Shown: positions 1 through 8,150 of the stretch, piece after piece
How positions within the stretch are numbered: the first letter of the stretch is position 1
How the letters are laid out: each line of letters starts with the position of its first letter
Source of the DNA: a virus
Direction: 5' to 3' (one strand)
Length of the DNA stretch: 64,000 nt
IMG/VR virus record: IMGVR_UViG_3300010160_000036
Coordinates: 12,353-76,352 of that record
Made by a program: the position numbers and the translations under genes
The notes under the pieces: generated by a model
What the model was told of the DNA's origin: nothing
What the model saw: the letters and a program-made list of their open reading frames with translations, nothing else
Databases searched by the model: none

Positions 1-3000
1 TCTTTGCTTATCTTACCTTGAAGATTACCCGTATACCAAGCATTAGGAATTTTACTGACATCACCCTTAGATTGTCTTAGTAAATCTTCTACATAGTGTT
101 TTGCAACTGCATCTTGCACTTCTTTTGGTGCATCCCTAGCATGTTTATATTCAGTGCCTATTCCTGCAGCTTTAGCTTGTTGTGCCCATGTACTGTCAAT
201 AAATTGATAGGCTCCGCTAGCAGATGACCCTTTAGCCTTTGCATTATAATTATTACCAGATTCACGCTTACGAATCGTAGCCATTGCTTTGTCAACATCA
301 CTTGCATTTACTGGAAGATTACTCTGTTGTTCACGACCATATGTTGTTTTTTTAGAAGCCCCGAGTGTAGATGCATCCTTAGCTTTTCCTGTTGAACTTT
401 CGTCTATAGGAGGTGCGGCTCCTGCCTTCCGCGCATCTTCCATAGTCTTGTAGACTTCTTTACCAATACTGCGTTGTTTCTTGTTTATTTCACGTAAATC
501 ATTTTGTTCTTTTAAGAAGGCTTCTCTTTTAGACGCCATTGCCTTCATTGATTCTTTGTTAGCGTCATCTTCAGATTTTTGTGCAGATTCTTTTTGTGCT
601 TTTGTTGCAGTTGGATCAGCTTGTATTTTTTTATTAGCATCCATCGCAGCCTGTTGTTTATTCAATGCTTCGGTATCTGCTTTTTTTGCTTTTTCTAATG
701 GACTTACACCTGAAGGAGCTGTTGCTTTACCGGTACTACCTCCTGGGCCTGAACCTCCTGGGCCTGAACCTCCTGAGCCTGAACCGCCGGGCGCTTTGCC
801 TTCAATTTTTAAGTCACCTTTAATGATTAAATCACCGGTGAATTCCATACTCTGATCTGATAGTGTTCCACTGGCATGGCCCGAACTACCCGGAGACGCA
901 CTACCCGGAGAACCTGCTTTATTTTTATAAGTTGATGGGAATAGATACTCCCACCAATGAGTATCACCTCGAGGATTAGCCCAATTTCCATTGGGCCCAT
1001 AATTGTTATTTGCAGAAACATCGGTGCTAGGCATACTACCTGAACCATTAGATTTGTTACTATTACCGGGGCTAGATTTCCAAGGTGGTTCTTTAGATGT
1101 TAAACGTTTCCACCAGCTACCGTCACTTGCACCACCTGTTAAAAGTGATCCGCCGCCGGTGTTCTTTCCAGGAGTTCCGCCAACCGGTCCCTTTGCACCT
1201 ACAGTGTCTCCAAATACTTTAACTGCGTTTTCAAACGTTGTGGATGCAAATTTATTTAATTCTGCTGAATAATTAAATGACTTAACTACACTATCCATTG
1301 TCATAGCAGCCGCTTGTTGCGATCTGCCTGCATCAACCATGTTTTTAGTACTTTGATCTGGATTGTTTTCTTTTTCTTGTTGTAGTTTCTTTAATGCATC
1401 TGAAATACTCATTCCAGGATTCTTTTCTTGTAACTTTCGTGCTTGCTCAAATCTCTTACTTTCATCTACGGTAGAGCCTATTCCACCCAAGAATAATCCA
1501 CTAGTGTCACCACTTATTTTAGCTAAAGGAGCAACACGGCGTGCCTGATCTTTTGAACTTTTGTTTGCAGCATCTAGTATATCTTCAACGTTTCTATTGC
1601 CTTCACGTATTAAATCAAATCCTTTTCTGTATTGCTGACTTGCAATTGCGCCTTCTTGTGTAGTAAATCCACCTTTGTTTACACCTACGTCAACTATACC
1701 TTTTACACCTCTACTATTCCCCAACTCTTGTTCACGGGAAGCCAGTGCCATAACCATTTTTAATCGTTCAGATTCTTGAGTGTCACCTCTATCTTCAGCC
1801 ATAAGCATTGCTGCTCGTAGCTGGTCTATTTTCATTACTGCTTCACGTGCTTCTTCTTGTTCTTTTTTAGTAGCTCCGGTTAACTGTGACAATCTATCTA
1901 ATTGTTCAATGTATTCTTTAGCACCTCTAATTTGCTCGGCTTGAGTTTTATTAAGATCCAGTCCCATGCGAGTTTGCATAGACATATATTTTAGTGTATG
2001 CTCACGTTGTTCATCAGCAGTTACACCTAATAATTCTAATTTTGCACCAAGATCACTTTTATATAATTTACCAGCTACTTCGGCAAATTGTCTAGCACCT
2101 TCTGCGGTCGTAGTGCCAAAAAGTTTTAAATCTTTTGAATTACTTTTTAATAACGCATTGAATTTTTCTATCTCTGATGCTGCCATTCCCAATGTTTGAA
2201 GTGTATCAAACACTCCATCCATTCCTCTAGCAGTAGATAGACCGGACTTACTTAATTCATTGAAAGATTTGAATAGTCTGTCTGTTTGTTCGGCAGCAAC
2301 TTCATTAAATTCAGCTGCCTTTTTAACCCCATATCCAACAGCTTGTAATCCTACAGAAAGTGCTCTAGCACCTATTTTAGCTGCTAGTCCCAATCCTGGA
2401 ATAAACCATAATGCGGCACTTATAAAGTTTATTGCACTGTTTAAACCATCGGCAAATTTAGTTACAGCTTTTGCCCCTACCATTGCACCTCGCTCACCTG
2501 CATAGATAGATTTGGTTAGTTGCATAGTAGCAGCCGATAATCCCCCAAATACTGCTTGAGCTGCCGCAAAACCAACATTTAATCTAGCAGAGCCTCCAAC
2601 CAATTCTGATAGTCCATTAGTTACCGAACCAAAAGCACCACCGGATTTTTCAAATTCAGCAGATAAATTTGCAATATCTTTAGCAGACCCTATTTGAAGT
2701 TTGGCTGCTATGTTAGCATTTGATACTTGCTTACTACTAACAGCGTTTTCTTTTTCTATTTTTGCATTTGATGCTGCATTTTCTATAGCTGCTTGTGTTC
2801 TTCTTTCCGCATTTAATCTATCACCTTGCTGTAGAAATTCTTTCTGTTGTTTAGTTAGCTCAACAATGGTGCTAATTACTTTGCCGTTTTCATCGATAGC
2901 AATGTTTCTATTTTTCTTTTCTCTTTCAAATAGTTCGGTTTGATCTTTGGCTCTATTTTTTTCTTCTTCGGTTTGTTTTCTAGTGGCAGAGGTATTAGCA

Positions 3001-3209
3001 CCAACAGCAGCCGTATTTGCGTCCGAGGCTGCGGCTGCCGCAGCCGCAGCTTTTGCTGCTTCCTCAGCTTGTGCCTTTAACTTGTCAACCCCTAGTCTTT
3101 TACCTAACTTCTCTACTGCTTGATCAGTAAGCTGTATGTTGCCAATAAGAGCAGTAAGGGCTTCATTAAGGAGTCTCAGCTTTTCTTGTTCAATTTCTTT
3201 TTCGTCCAT
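1..3209 (-). CDS. Tape-measure-like protein with C-terminal lytic transglycosylase (SLT/lysozyme-like) domain; 3' end lies outside the window
   Basis: Manual translation from ATG 3209 (MDEKEIEQEKLRLLNEAL...) stays open to the window edge (>1060 aa). It has an Ala/Lys/Glu-rich helical body, a Gly/Ser linker, then IRKRESGNNYNAKAKGSSASGAYQFIDSTW (ES...A.G.YQF...TW SLT-type motif). Absent from the ORF track, probably because its stop is outside the window. Confidence 0.8.
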   Translation of the reverse strand, partial: MDEKEIEQEKLRLLNEALTALIGNIQLTDQAVEKLGKRLGVDKLKAQAEEAAKAAAAAAAASDANTAAVGANTSATRKQTEEEKNRAKDQTELFEREKKNRNIAIDENGKVISTIVELTKQQKEFLQQGDRLNAERRTQAAIENAASNAKIEKENAVSSKQVSNANIAAKLQIGSAKDIANLSAEFEKSGGAFGSVTNGLSELVGGSARLNVGFAAAQAVFGGLSAATMQLTKSIYAGERGAMVGAKAVTKFADGLNSAINFISAALWFIPGLGLAAKIGARALSVGLQAVGYGVKKAAEFNEVAAEQTDRLFKSFNELSKSGLSTARGMDGVFDTLQTLGMAASEIEKFNALLKSNSKDLKLFGTTTAEGARQFAEVAGKLYKSDLGAKLELLGVTADEQREHTLKYMSMQTRMGLDLNKTQAEQIRGAKEYIEQLDRLSQLTGATKKEQEEAREAVMKIDQLRAAMLMAEDRGDTQESERLKMVMALASREQELGNSRGVKGIVDVGVNKGGFTTQEGAIASQQYRKGFDLIREGNRNVEDILDAANKSSKDQARRVAPLAKISGDTSGLFLGGIGSTVDESKRFEQARKLQEKNPGMSISDALKKLQQEKENNPDQSTKNMVDAGRSQQAAAMTMDSVVKSFNYSAELNKFASTTFENAVKVFGDTVGAKGPVGGTPGKNTGGGSLLTGGASDGSWWKRLTSKEPPWKSSPGNSNKSNGSGSMPSTDVSANNNYGPNGNWANPRGDTHWWEYLFPSTYKNKAGSPGSASPGSSGHASGTLSDQSMEFTGDLIIKGDLKIEGKAPGGSGSGGSGPGGSGPGGSTGKATAPSGVSPLEKAKKADTEALNKQQAAMDANKKIQADPTATKAQKESAQKSEDDANKESMKAMASKREAFLKEQNDLREINKKQRSIGKEVYKTMEDARKAGAAPPIDESSTGKAKDASTLGASKKTTYGREQQSNLPVNASDVDKAMATIRKRESGNNYNAKAKGSSASGAYQFIDSTWAQQAKAAGIGTEYKHARDAPKEVQDAVAKHYVEDLLRQSKGDVSKIPNAWYTGNLQGKISK
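739..783 (-). repeat. 3 x 15-bp tandem repeat encoding a (GSGPG/GSGSG)n linker in the tape-measure protein
   Basis: cctcctgggcctgaa x2 followed by cctcctgagcctgaa on the plus strand. Confidence 0.85.
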
Positions 3210-3219
3210 ATTTTAACCA

Positions 3220-3243
3220 CTAAATAATTCAATAGTATTTATG
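3220..3243. promoter_or_regulatory. Face-to-face pair of T4-type late promoter motifs (CTAAATA + at 3220-3226; CATAAATA - at 3236-3243)
   Basis: Both match the T4 gp55 late consensus TATAAATA. One points to each of the divergent structural genes. Confidence 0.6.
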
Positions 3244-3277
3244 ATTTGAAAAAATACTAATTTTGGAGATTACAAAC

Positions 3278-4099
3278 ATGACAAACCCGCTAAAACAATA
3301 CTTTCGCAGACCCGCAATATACATGAAACTTCCCAGTGAAGGTAAATTTTATTCAGAGGGGTCAATTGACCTACCGGATAACAAAGAACTGCCTATCTAT
3401 CCCATGACAGCGATTGACGAGATTACTAGTAAAACACCGGATATGCTGTTTAATGGCTCGGCAATAGTTGAAATTATCAGAAGCTGTGTTCCTAACATTA
3501 AAAATCCATGGGAAATCCCACAGATTGATTTGGACCCTATACTAGTAGCCATCAGAGCAGCAACCAACGGTAATAGTTTGGATATCAACAGCACATGTCC
3601 ATCATGTGAGGAAGAAGGAAAATACGGCATTAACCTTACGGGATTACTGACTTCACTTAAATCAGGTAACTATGATGAAGAAATTACTATCAATGAATTG
3701 AAATTCAAGTTTAAACCATTGTCATATAAACAAATTAATCAAGTTAATAGTTCACAATTTGAAATACAAGCGGTGATGAATGGTCTAGAAAATATAGATG
3801 ATGATGTAATTAGACAAGCTAAGACAACAGAATCTATGACAAAATTAACTGAATTGAGTATGAGTTTTGTAGCTGAATCAATAGAGCATGTTACAAGCCC
3901 GTCAGCCTTTGTAGTTGAAAAAGAATATATTTTGGATTTCTTAAAAAACTGTGATAAACAGACATTTGATGCACTAAGAAAATCTACCATTGATTTACGA
4001 GAATCAAGCGAAATTAAACCATTACGTATTAAATGCGTAAATTGCGCTAATGAATATGACCAAACATTAGTGTTAAATGCAACTGATTTTTTCGATTAA
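3278..4099 (+). CDS. Baseplate hub/tail assembly chaperone, T4 gp26-like
   Basis: ATG 3278 follows a GGAG SD. N-terminal Y..LPS.GK motif, two CxxC pairs (CPSC, CVNC), adjacent to the tape-measure gene. Confidence 0.7.
   Translation: MTNPLKQYFRRPAIYMKLPSEGKFYSEGSIDLPDNKELPIYPMTAIDEITSKTPDMLFNGSAIVEIIRSCVPNIKNPWEIPQIDLDPILVAIRAATNGNSLDINSTCPSCEEEGKYGINLTGLLTSLKSGNYDEEITINELKFKFKPLSYKQINQVNSSQFEIQAVMNGLENIDDDVIRQAKTTESMTKLTELSMSFVAESIEHVTSPSAFVVEKEYILDFLKNCDKQTFDALRKSTIDLRESSEIKPLRIKCVNCANEYDQTLVLNATDFFD
4087..4093 (+). other. -1 programmed frameshift slippery heptamer T TTT TTC
   Basis: X XXY YYZ heptamer one codon before the TAA of the gp26-like gene. The -1 frame has TGA at 4084-4086, opens at 4087 and runs stop-free into ORF 4126-4323. 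Confidence 0.7.
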
Positions 4100-4125
4100 G
4101 GCTTCTCACCCTAGACTCCAAGGGT

Positions 4126-4323
4126 GTGAGCCAATTAATTGAAAACATGGAGCAAGAGTCTAATGACATAAAGAAATCTGCATTGAAGCTATCATGGTTT
4201 ATGCGTGGAGGAGCAACCTATGAGGATATACTTAATATGTCAGATATGGAAAGAACAGCTATGTCTGAATTGATTGAAGAAAATTTGGATACAACTAAAA
4301 AGTCGGGATTACCATTCTTCTAA
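4126..4323 (+). CDS. gp51-like / tail chaperone 'T' segment, probably made as a frameshift fusion with the upstream gene
   Basis: LSWFMRGGATYEDILNMS..ER resembles the small hub-assembly-catalyst segment that follows gp26-like genes. GTG start without a clear SD. Confidence 0.6.
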   Translation: MSQLIENMEQESNDIKKSALKLSWFMRGGATYEDILNMSDMERTAMSELIEENLDTTKKSGLPFF

Positions 4324-4373
4324 CCATAGTAATTCATTTATCTAATTTACGGGTTTCTTTACTTCTCACTAAA

Positions 4374-4417
4374 AGATGAACTTCGTTCATCTAAGAACTT
4401 CACTTCGTTCGTTCTTA
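4374..4417. other. Hairpin cluster between convergent transcription units (terminator and/or DNA hairpin element)
   Basis: Perfect stem agatgaac-ttc-gttcatct (4374-4392), followed by taagaac...gttctta (4392-4417) with TTCG/TTCA repeats. Confidence 0.5.
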
Positions 4418-4464
4418 TATTTGACGGTCTATAATTCTTTTTTACAGTAAGTAGTTAAAGAGTA

Positions 4465-4823
4465 TATTGCCGATTAGAAGCCATGGTAGTGCTAATCAGC
4501 ACTACCAATGGTTAAGGACATTTGCCATGACCGTCATCCGTTGTCATTTTTCTCCCGTTTAATTGCCTATTTGAGACACTAAACGCTACCGGTTGCTCTG
4601 TAAAGTTTATGGAGCTGTAGTCAGGTCTATCAATTTATTTCAATTGACGCCTACGCAACGCACATTCTATGATTCAAAAATGAAGTCATCATAGACTTGT
4701 TGAGGGTTCGCTTTGCCGATTGCCCTCTCGGTATTCCATATGTATCACTACATATGCTTACTCTAGATCCGTCAGCACAGCACAATCTGTACAAACTCAA
4801 AGAGGTCTCCCAACGGAGACAAC
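4465..4823 (-). ncRNA. Unclassified, highly structured candidate ncRNA (~360 nt)
   Basis: Visibly more GC-rich non-coding island with at least 8 stems, including CAUAUGUA-GUGA-UACAUAUG (GNRA loop on minus, 4737-4756) and UGGUAGUGCU-GAUU-AGCACUACCA (4484-4507), plus possible 5'/3' closing pairing. Confidence 0.55.
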
Positions 4824-4839
4824 AAATTTTTATTTTAAA

Positions 4840-5409
4840 TTATTGTAATGGGGTGCTATCAAACGTGTTGATAAATTGTATGTTTGACTTGGTGTCTGTT
4901 GATGTTGAATATGTTTTTAATATATCGGTGTTGTGATTGAAGAAACTGTCAAACTCGAAAATTGTCCAGTCCCCTTGTTTTTTTGATGTGTAGTATATGA
5001 AGTTATCACTAACCCATGTTAGTTTGCTTTGACCAGCAACATAGCGACCCTTACGATTAAACTTCATAAACAAAAGATTAATATCGCCTTCGTCAGCTAC
5101 ATCCATGAGTTGGTCTATCCAAGCATCTATTACTTTACAATCACCGGTAAGTAATAGATGAAAAGGAAAGTCAGCGTAGCTTTTCGCTTCAGCATTGAAA
5201 TGCTTCCAATCATCAGGTGGAATGATATCACCTTTAAATGATTTAACTTGATTCTCACTTAGATATTCTTTTCGGTGATTGTTTGTTCCACCGATAAATG
5301 CACCGCTGTGTGCAGCCCTAACAAAAGATTCATTATAAGTTTTAGATAAAAAGTTAGCAACCTCACGTTCAAATGCGTTACCTTTATTTTTACTTTTTGA
5401 TCCACTCAT
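4840..5409 (-). CDS. Holliday junction resolvase (Hjc-type PD-(D/E)XK nuclease)
   Basis: KGNAFERE...GDII...AEAK motif pattern typical of Hjc-like phage resolvases. Confidence 0.8.
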   Translation of the reverse strand: MSGSKSKNKGNAFEREVANFLSKTYNESFVRAAHSGAFIGGTNNHRKEYLSENQVKSFKGDIIPPDDWKHFNAEAKSYADFPFHLLLTGDCKVIDAWIDQLMDVADEGDINLLFMKFNRKGRYVAGQSKLTWVSDNFIYYTSKKQGDWTIFEFDSFFNHNTDILKTYSTSTDTKSNIQFINTFDSTPLQ

Positions 5410-6019
5410 TCAATGCCTCTTTGTATAAATTAATATCTTTGTGTATTCTACTTATCAGTTCCTGATCGCAACCAAACTTTTTTGATAATGTAACATACAA
5501 TCCATGTGTATATGAAACTTGTTCTAGTTCTTCTATAATTTTTACTTTTAAGTCAACATTGGTTCTACGTATACTAGCTAAGGTGTATTTACGCTTAGAT
5601 TCATCTGATCGTTTCTTCCCGACAAGTTGAGCCCTTCTGGTTTCTATATGGGTTTCTGTCTGGATAACACCCCTTCGTTGCGTAGACCATAGATGTTTTG
5701 TTTTTTCTGTATGACTATATCCGGTATTTCCTTGCTCACCGCCGTCAGCATAATTAGTAAGTGTTCCTGTTCCTTTAATGATTCTTCCATATTGCTCTAT
5801 CAATATTTTTTCACGCAATAAAGCTGAATCTTCGGTTTCATGCTCACTATCTACCGCAATCACGGGGGACATTCCTGCAAGTTTAATCTCTTTGATAAAT
5901 TTATTTTTTAGTGGGTTGCCACCCTTCATAGTCACTTTTAACCTTCGCTTGGCACCCTTACCTACGTAGAATGGTGTATTGTTTCTCGGGTCATGTAAAA
6001 TATAAACGTACCACATCAT
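5390..6019 (-). CDS. Free-standing GIY-YIG homing-type endonuclease with NUMOD3-like C-terminal repeats
   Basis: YVYILHDPRNNTPFYVGKG..R, AL..E..LI..YG, LTN motifs; HTEKTK/RSDESKRK NUMOD3-like segments. Start placed at ATG 6019 (AAGGA SD). GATAAATA motif upstream at 6046-6053. Confidence 0.8.
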   Translation of the reverse strand: MMWYVYILHDPRNNTPFYVGKGAKRRLKVTMKGGNPLKNKFIKEIKLAGMSPVIAVDSEHETEDSALLREKILIEQYGRIIKGTGTLTNYADGGEQGNTGYSHTEKTKHLWSTQRRGVIQTETHIETRRAQLVGKKRSDESKRKYTLASIRRTNVDLKVKIIEELEQVSYTHGLYVTLSKKFGCDQELISRIHKDINLYKEALNEWIKK

Positions 6020-6077
6020 AATATCCTTTGTAAAATATACACAATTATTTATCATAATTTGTATATTTTAGACAGAT

Positions 6078-8150
6078 TTATTCTATATCTACCGCAGTGT
6101 TGTATTGCGTAAAACCGTTTTCTTTAATTACCTTAAGGACGCTCGGTACACGACCAGCTAGTTCTTCACGATGTGAAACAAGCCAAATAGATTTCTGTCT
6201 ACGACGGCTCATGTCTTTGAGAATTGCTAGACTGTTCTCAACACCCATAGTGTCAAGACCACTGTCAATTAATTCGTCAATGAACAAAGTGTTGATTGGA
6301 CTATACAATGATTCCCATACATCACGGAAAGCAAAACTTAGTCCAAGAATCAGTCTGTTACGTTCTCCCCTCGAAAGGTTATCAAAATCAAGTTCACGAC
6401 CCAACTCTGTAATTTCAACTTGCAAGTCATTCTTAAAGATAACCTGATGTGGTAAACCAATCTTATCTAGGTAGTGAGTTAATCGTGCGTTTAGATAACT
6501 CAAGTTCTGGTCAATAATCTTCTTACGAACAAAACTATCTTTGCTAGTTAACAAATCTAACAAGAACTTCTGATGTTCCATTGTTCTAGTCAATCTGTTA
6601 ATAGCATCAAAGTCAATTGCTTGTAGAGCCTGTGTCTCCATTTCAATCACTTGTTCACTATATGGATCGGTCTCTTGTGATTTGTTATCAATTTGATTCA
6701 GTATGTTATCAACTCCACTTGAATGTTTTACCGCTTCTGCTTCTGTGTCATAATGAGTAACAGGCTGAGTTCCTAAAACAACAGGAGTAATCTCATTTAG
6801 TTGTTCACTGAAAGGATTGGACTCTTGTTTCTTGTCTTCATATACTTTCTTTAAGTTAGCTACATCGCCGCTGTGACGAATAGCTTCTGCTTCTGTTTTA
6901 TACTTTGGGATAGGTTTGGAACCCAAGCTAGTAACCAATGACTGATTGCTTGACAATTTATTTTCAAGATCAGCTAACTCAGCACGGGCATTTTCAAGTA
7001 GGGTAGTCTTTTCTAATGTAACTTCTAAGTGCTTGTCATCATGGAAGTCTTGTCCACACGCATAGCACTTATGATCTTCAAGTTCTTTAACTTCCCGAAC
7101 CAATTTATCAATTAATTTTTTTTCTTTTGTGATACTTTTATTTAGGGTATCAATTATGGTTGCTATAGATTTTTGTTCAGCATCATCGTGTAGCCAATCT
7201 TTTAAGTTAGACCATGCTTGTAATTCAGCATCAATGTCATACTCATTTTTCAACAAATAGGCAGTATGTGCCACTGAAACATCACTGTTATGCTTTTGAT
7301 GCCAAGCAGTAGAACGTGCAATTAATGCATCGTATGCATCTTGTGCTTCTTTCTGCTTAATCCAAATATTCAAATCTTTATGTGCTTGCAATTCTTTGGC
7401 AATATCAATCTTGCTTAGTTCATCGTATTGAAGTGCCAAACTAGTCAAATCATCATCGTGTTTTCTCAACCACAATGTTTGTCTACGCTTCAATGCATCA
7501 ATTTGTTCTTTAACACGTTTGTTAGCTTCTTCAATAGCTTTAACTCTAAATTCTTCACTTTGAATATCATCTTTGCTACGGCGAATCATCTCTTTGATGA
7601 TTTCAGCCTTCTCGCTTAACAACGTAATACCCATCAATTGTTCAATGATATCTTTCTGTTCATTATTCTTTAATGCTAAGAATGGTTCACTATATGTGTT
7701 TAGTACAACGATGTGCCGGAACATGTCTGCTGACATGTTAATAACTTTTTCAATTGCTAATTGAGTTTCTTTGTTCTCACCTTGTTGATCCTCAGTAGTT
7801 TTTGACTGAACATCATTAACGTAGAACTTGAGAATGTTTGGCTTACGGCCACGCTCAATCTTATAGTTAGTACCATTGACATTGAATGTCAATGTAACCA
7901 GCATACCCTTACCATTTGTACGATTAACTAAATTATCTTTACGAATATTGTTAATGGGTGTACCAAACAATGCATAGGATAGTCCTTGAATTAATGTAGT
8001 CTTACCTGTACCATTTCTAGCACCATCACCACCTAAGTCTAGGTTCTCACCTAGAATCAGTGTTAAGTCTTTCTTGTCAAAGTCTACTGCTTGTGTTACT
8101 GCGCCGATACTTAAAAAATTGCGTAATGTTATGTCTTGGAGGGTAATCAT
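6078..8150 (-). CDS. Recombination endonuclease ATPase subunit, T4 gp46-like (SbcC/Rad50)
   Basis: Walker A GARNGTGKTT, CYAC zinc hook in coiled coil, signature LSRGE, Walker B LFIDE, H-loop VSH. Confidence 0.95.
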   Translation of the reverse strand: MITLQDITLRNFLSIGAVTQAVDFDKKDLTLILGENLDLGGDGARNGTGKTTLIQGLSYALFGTPINNIRKDNLVNRTNGKGMLVTLTFNVNGTNYKIERGRKPNILKFYVNDVQSKTTEDQQGENKETQLAIEKVINMSADMFRHIVVLNTYSEPFLALKNNEQKDIIEQLMGITLLSEKAEIIKEMIRRSKDDIQSEEFRVKAIEEANKRVKEQIDALKRRQTLWLRKHDDDLTSLALQYDELSKIDIAKELQAHKDLNIWIKQKEAQDAYDALIARSTAWHQKHNSDVSVAHTAYLLKNEYDIDAELQAWSNLKDWLHDDAEQKSIATIIDTLNKSITKEKKLIDKLVREVKELEDHKCYACGQDFHDDKHLEVTLEKTTLLENARAELADLENKLSSNQSLVTSLGSKPIPKYKTEAEAIRHSGDVANLKKVYEDKKQESNPFSEQLNEITPVVLGTQPVTHYDTEAEAVKHSSGVDNILNQIDNKSQETDPYSEQVIEMETQALQAIDFDAINRLTRTMEHQKFLLDLLTSKDSFVRKKIIDQNLSYLNARLTHYLDKIGLPHQVIFKNDLQVEITELGRELDFDNLSRGERNRLILGLSFAFRDVWESLYSPINTLFIDELIDSGLDTMGVENSLAILKDMSRRRQKSIWLVSHREELAGRVPSVLKVIKENGFTQYNTAVDIE

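Noticed and set aside
481-2943. Short plus-strand ORFs in the track and ORF 827-1048 (-)
   Set aside because: They are antisense or off-frame shadows of the long minus-strand tape-measure gene.
4465-4823. Group I intron, tmRNA or canonical RNase P as the identity of the structured region
   Set aside because: It does not interrupt a gene. GACUAC is present but no matching AAGAUAUAGUC-type S element; no tRNA-like ends or T-loop; no GAGGAAAGUCC. Left unclassified.
4697-4936. 79-aa plus-strand ORF
   Set aside because: TTG start without SD; antisense to the Hjc 3' end and the structured RNA candidate; no recognisable motif.
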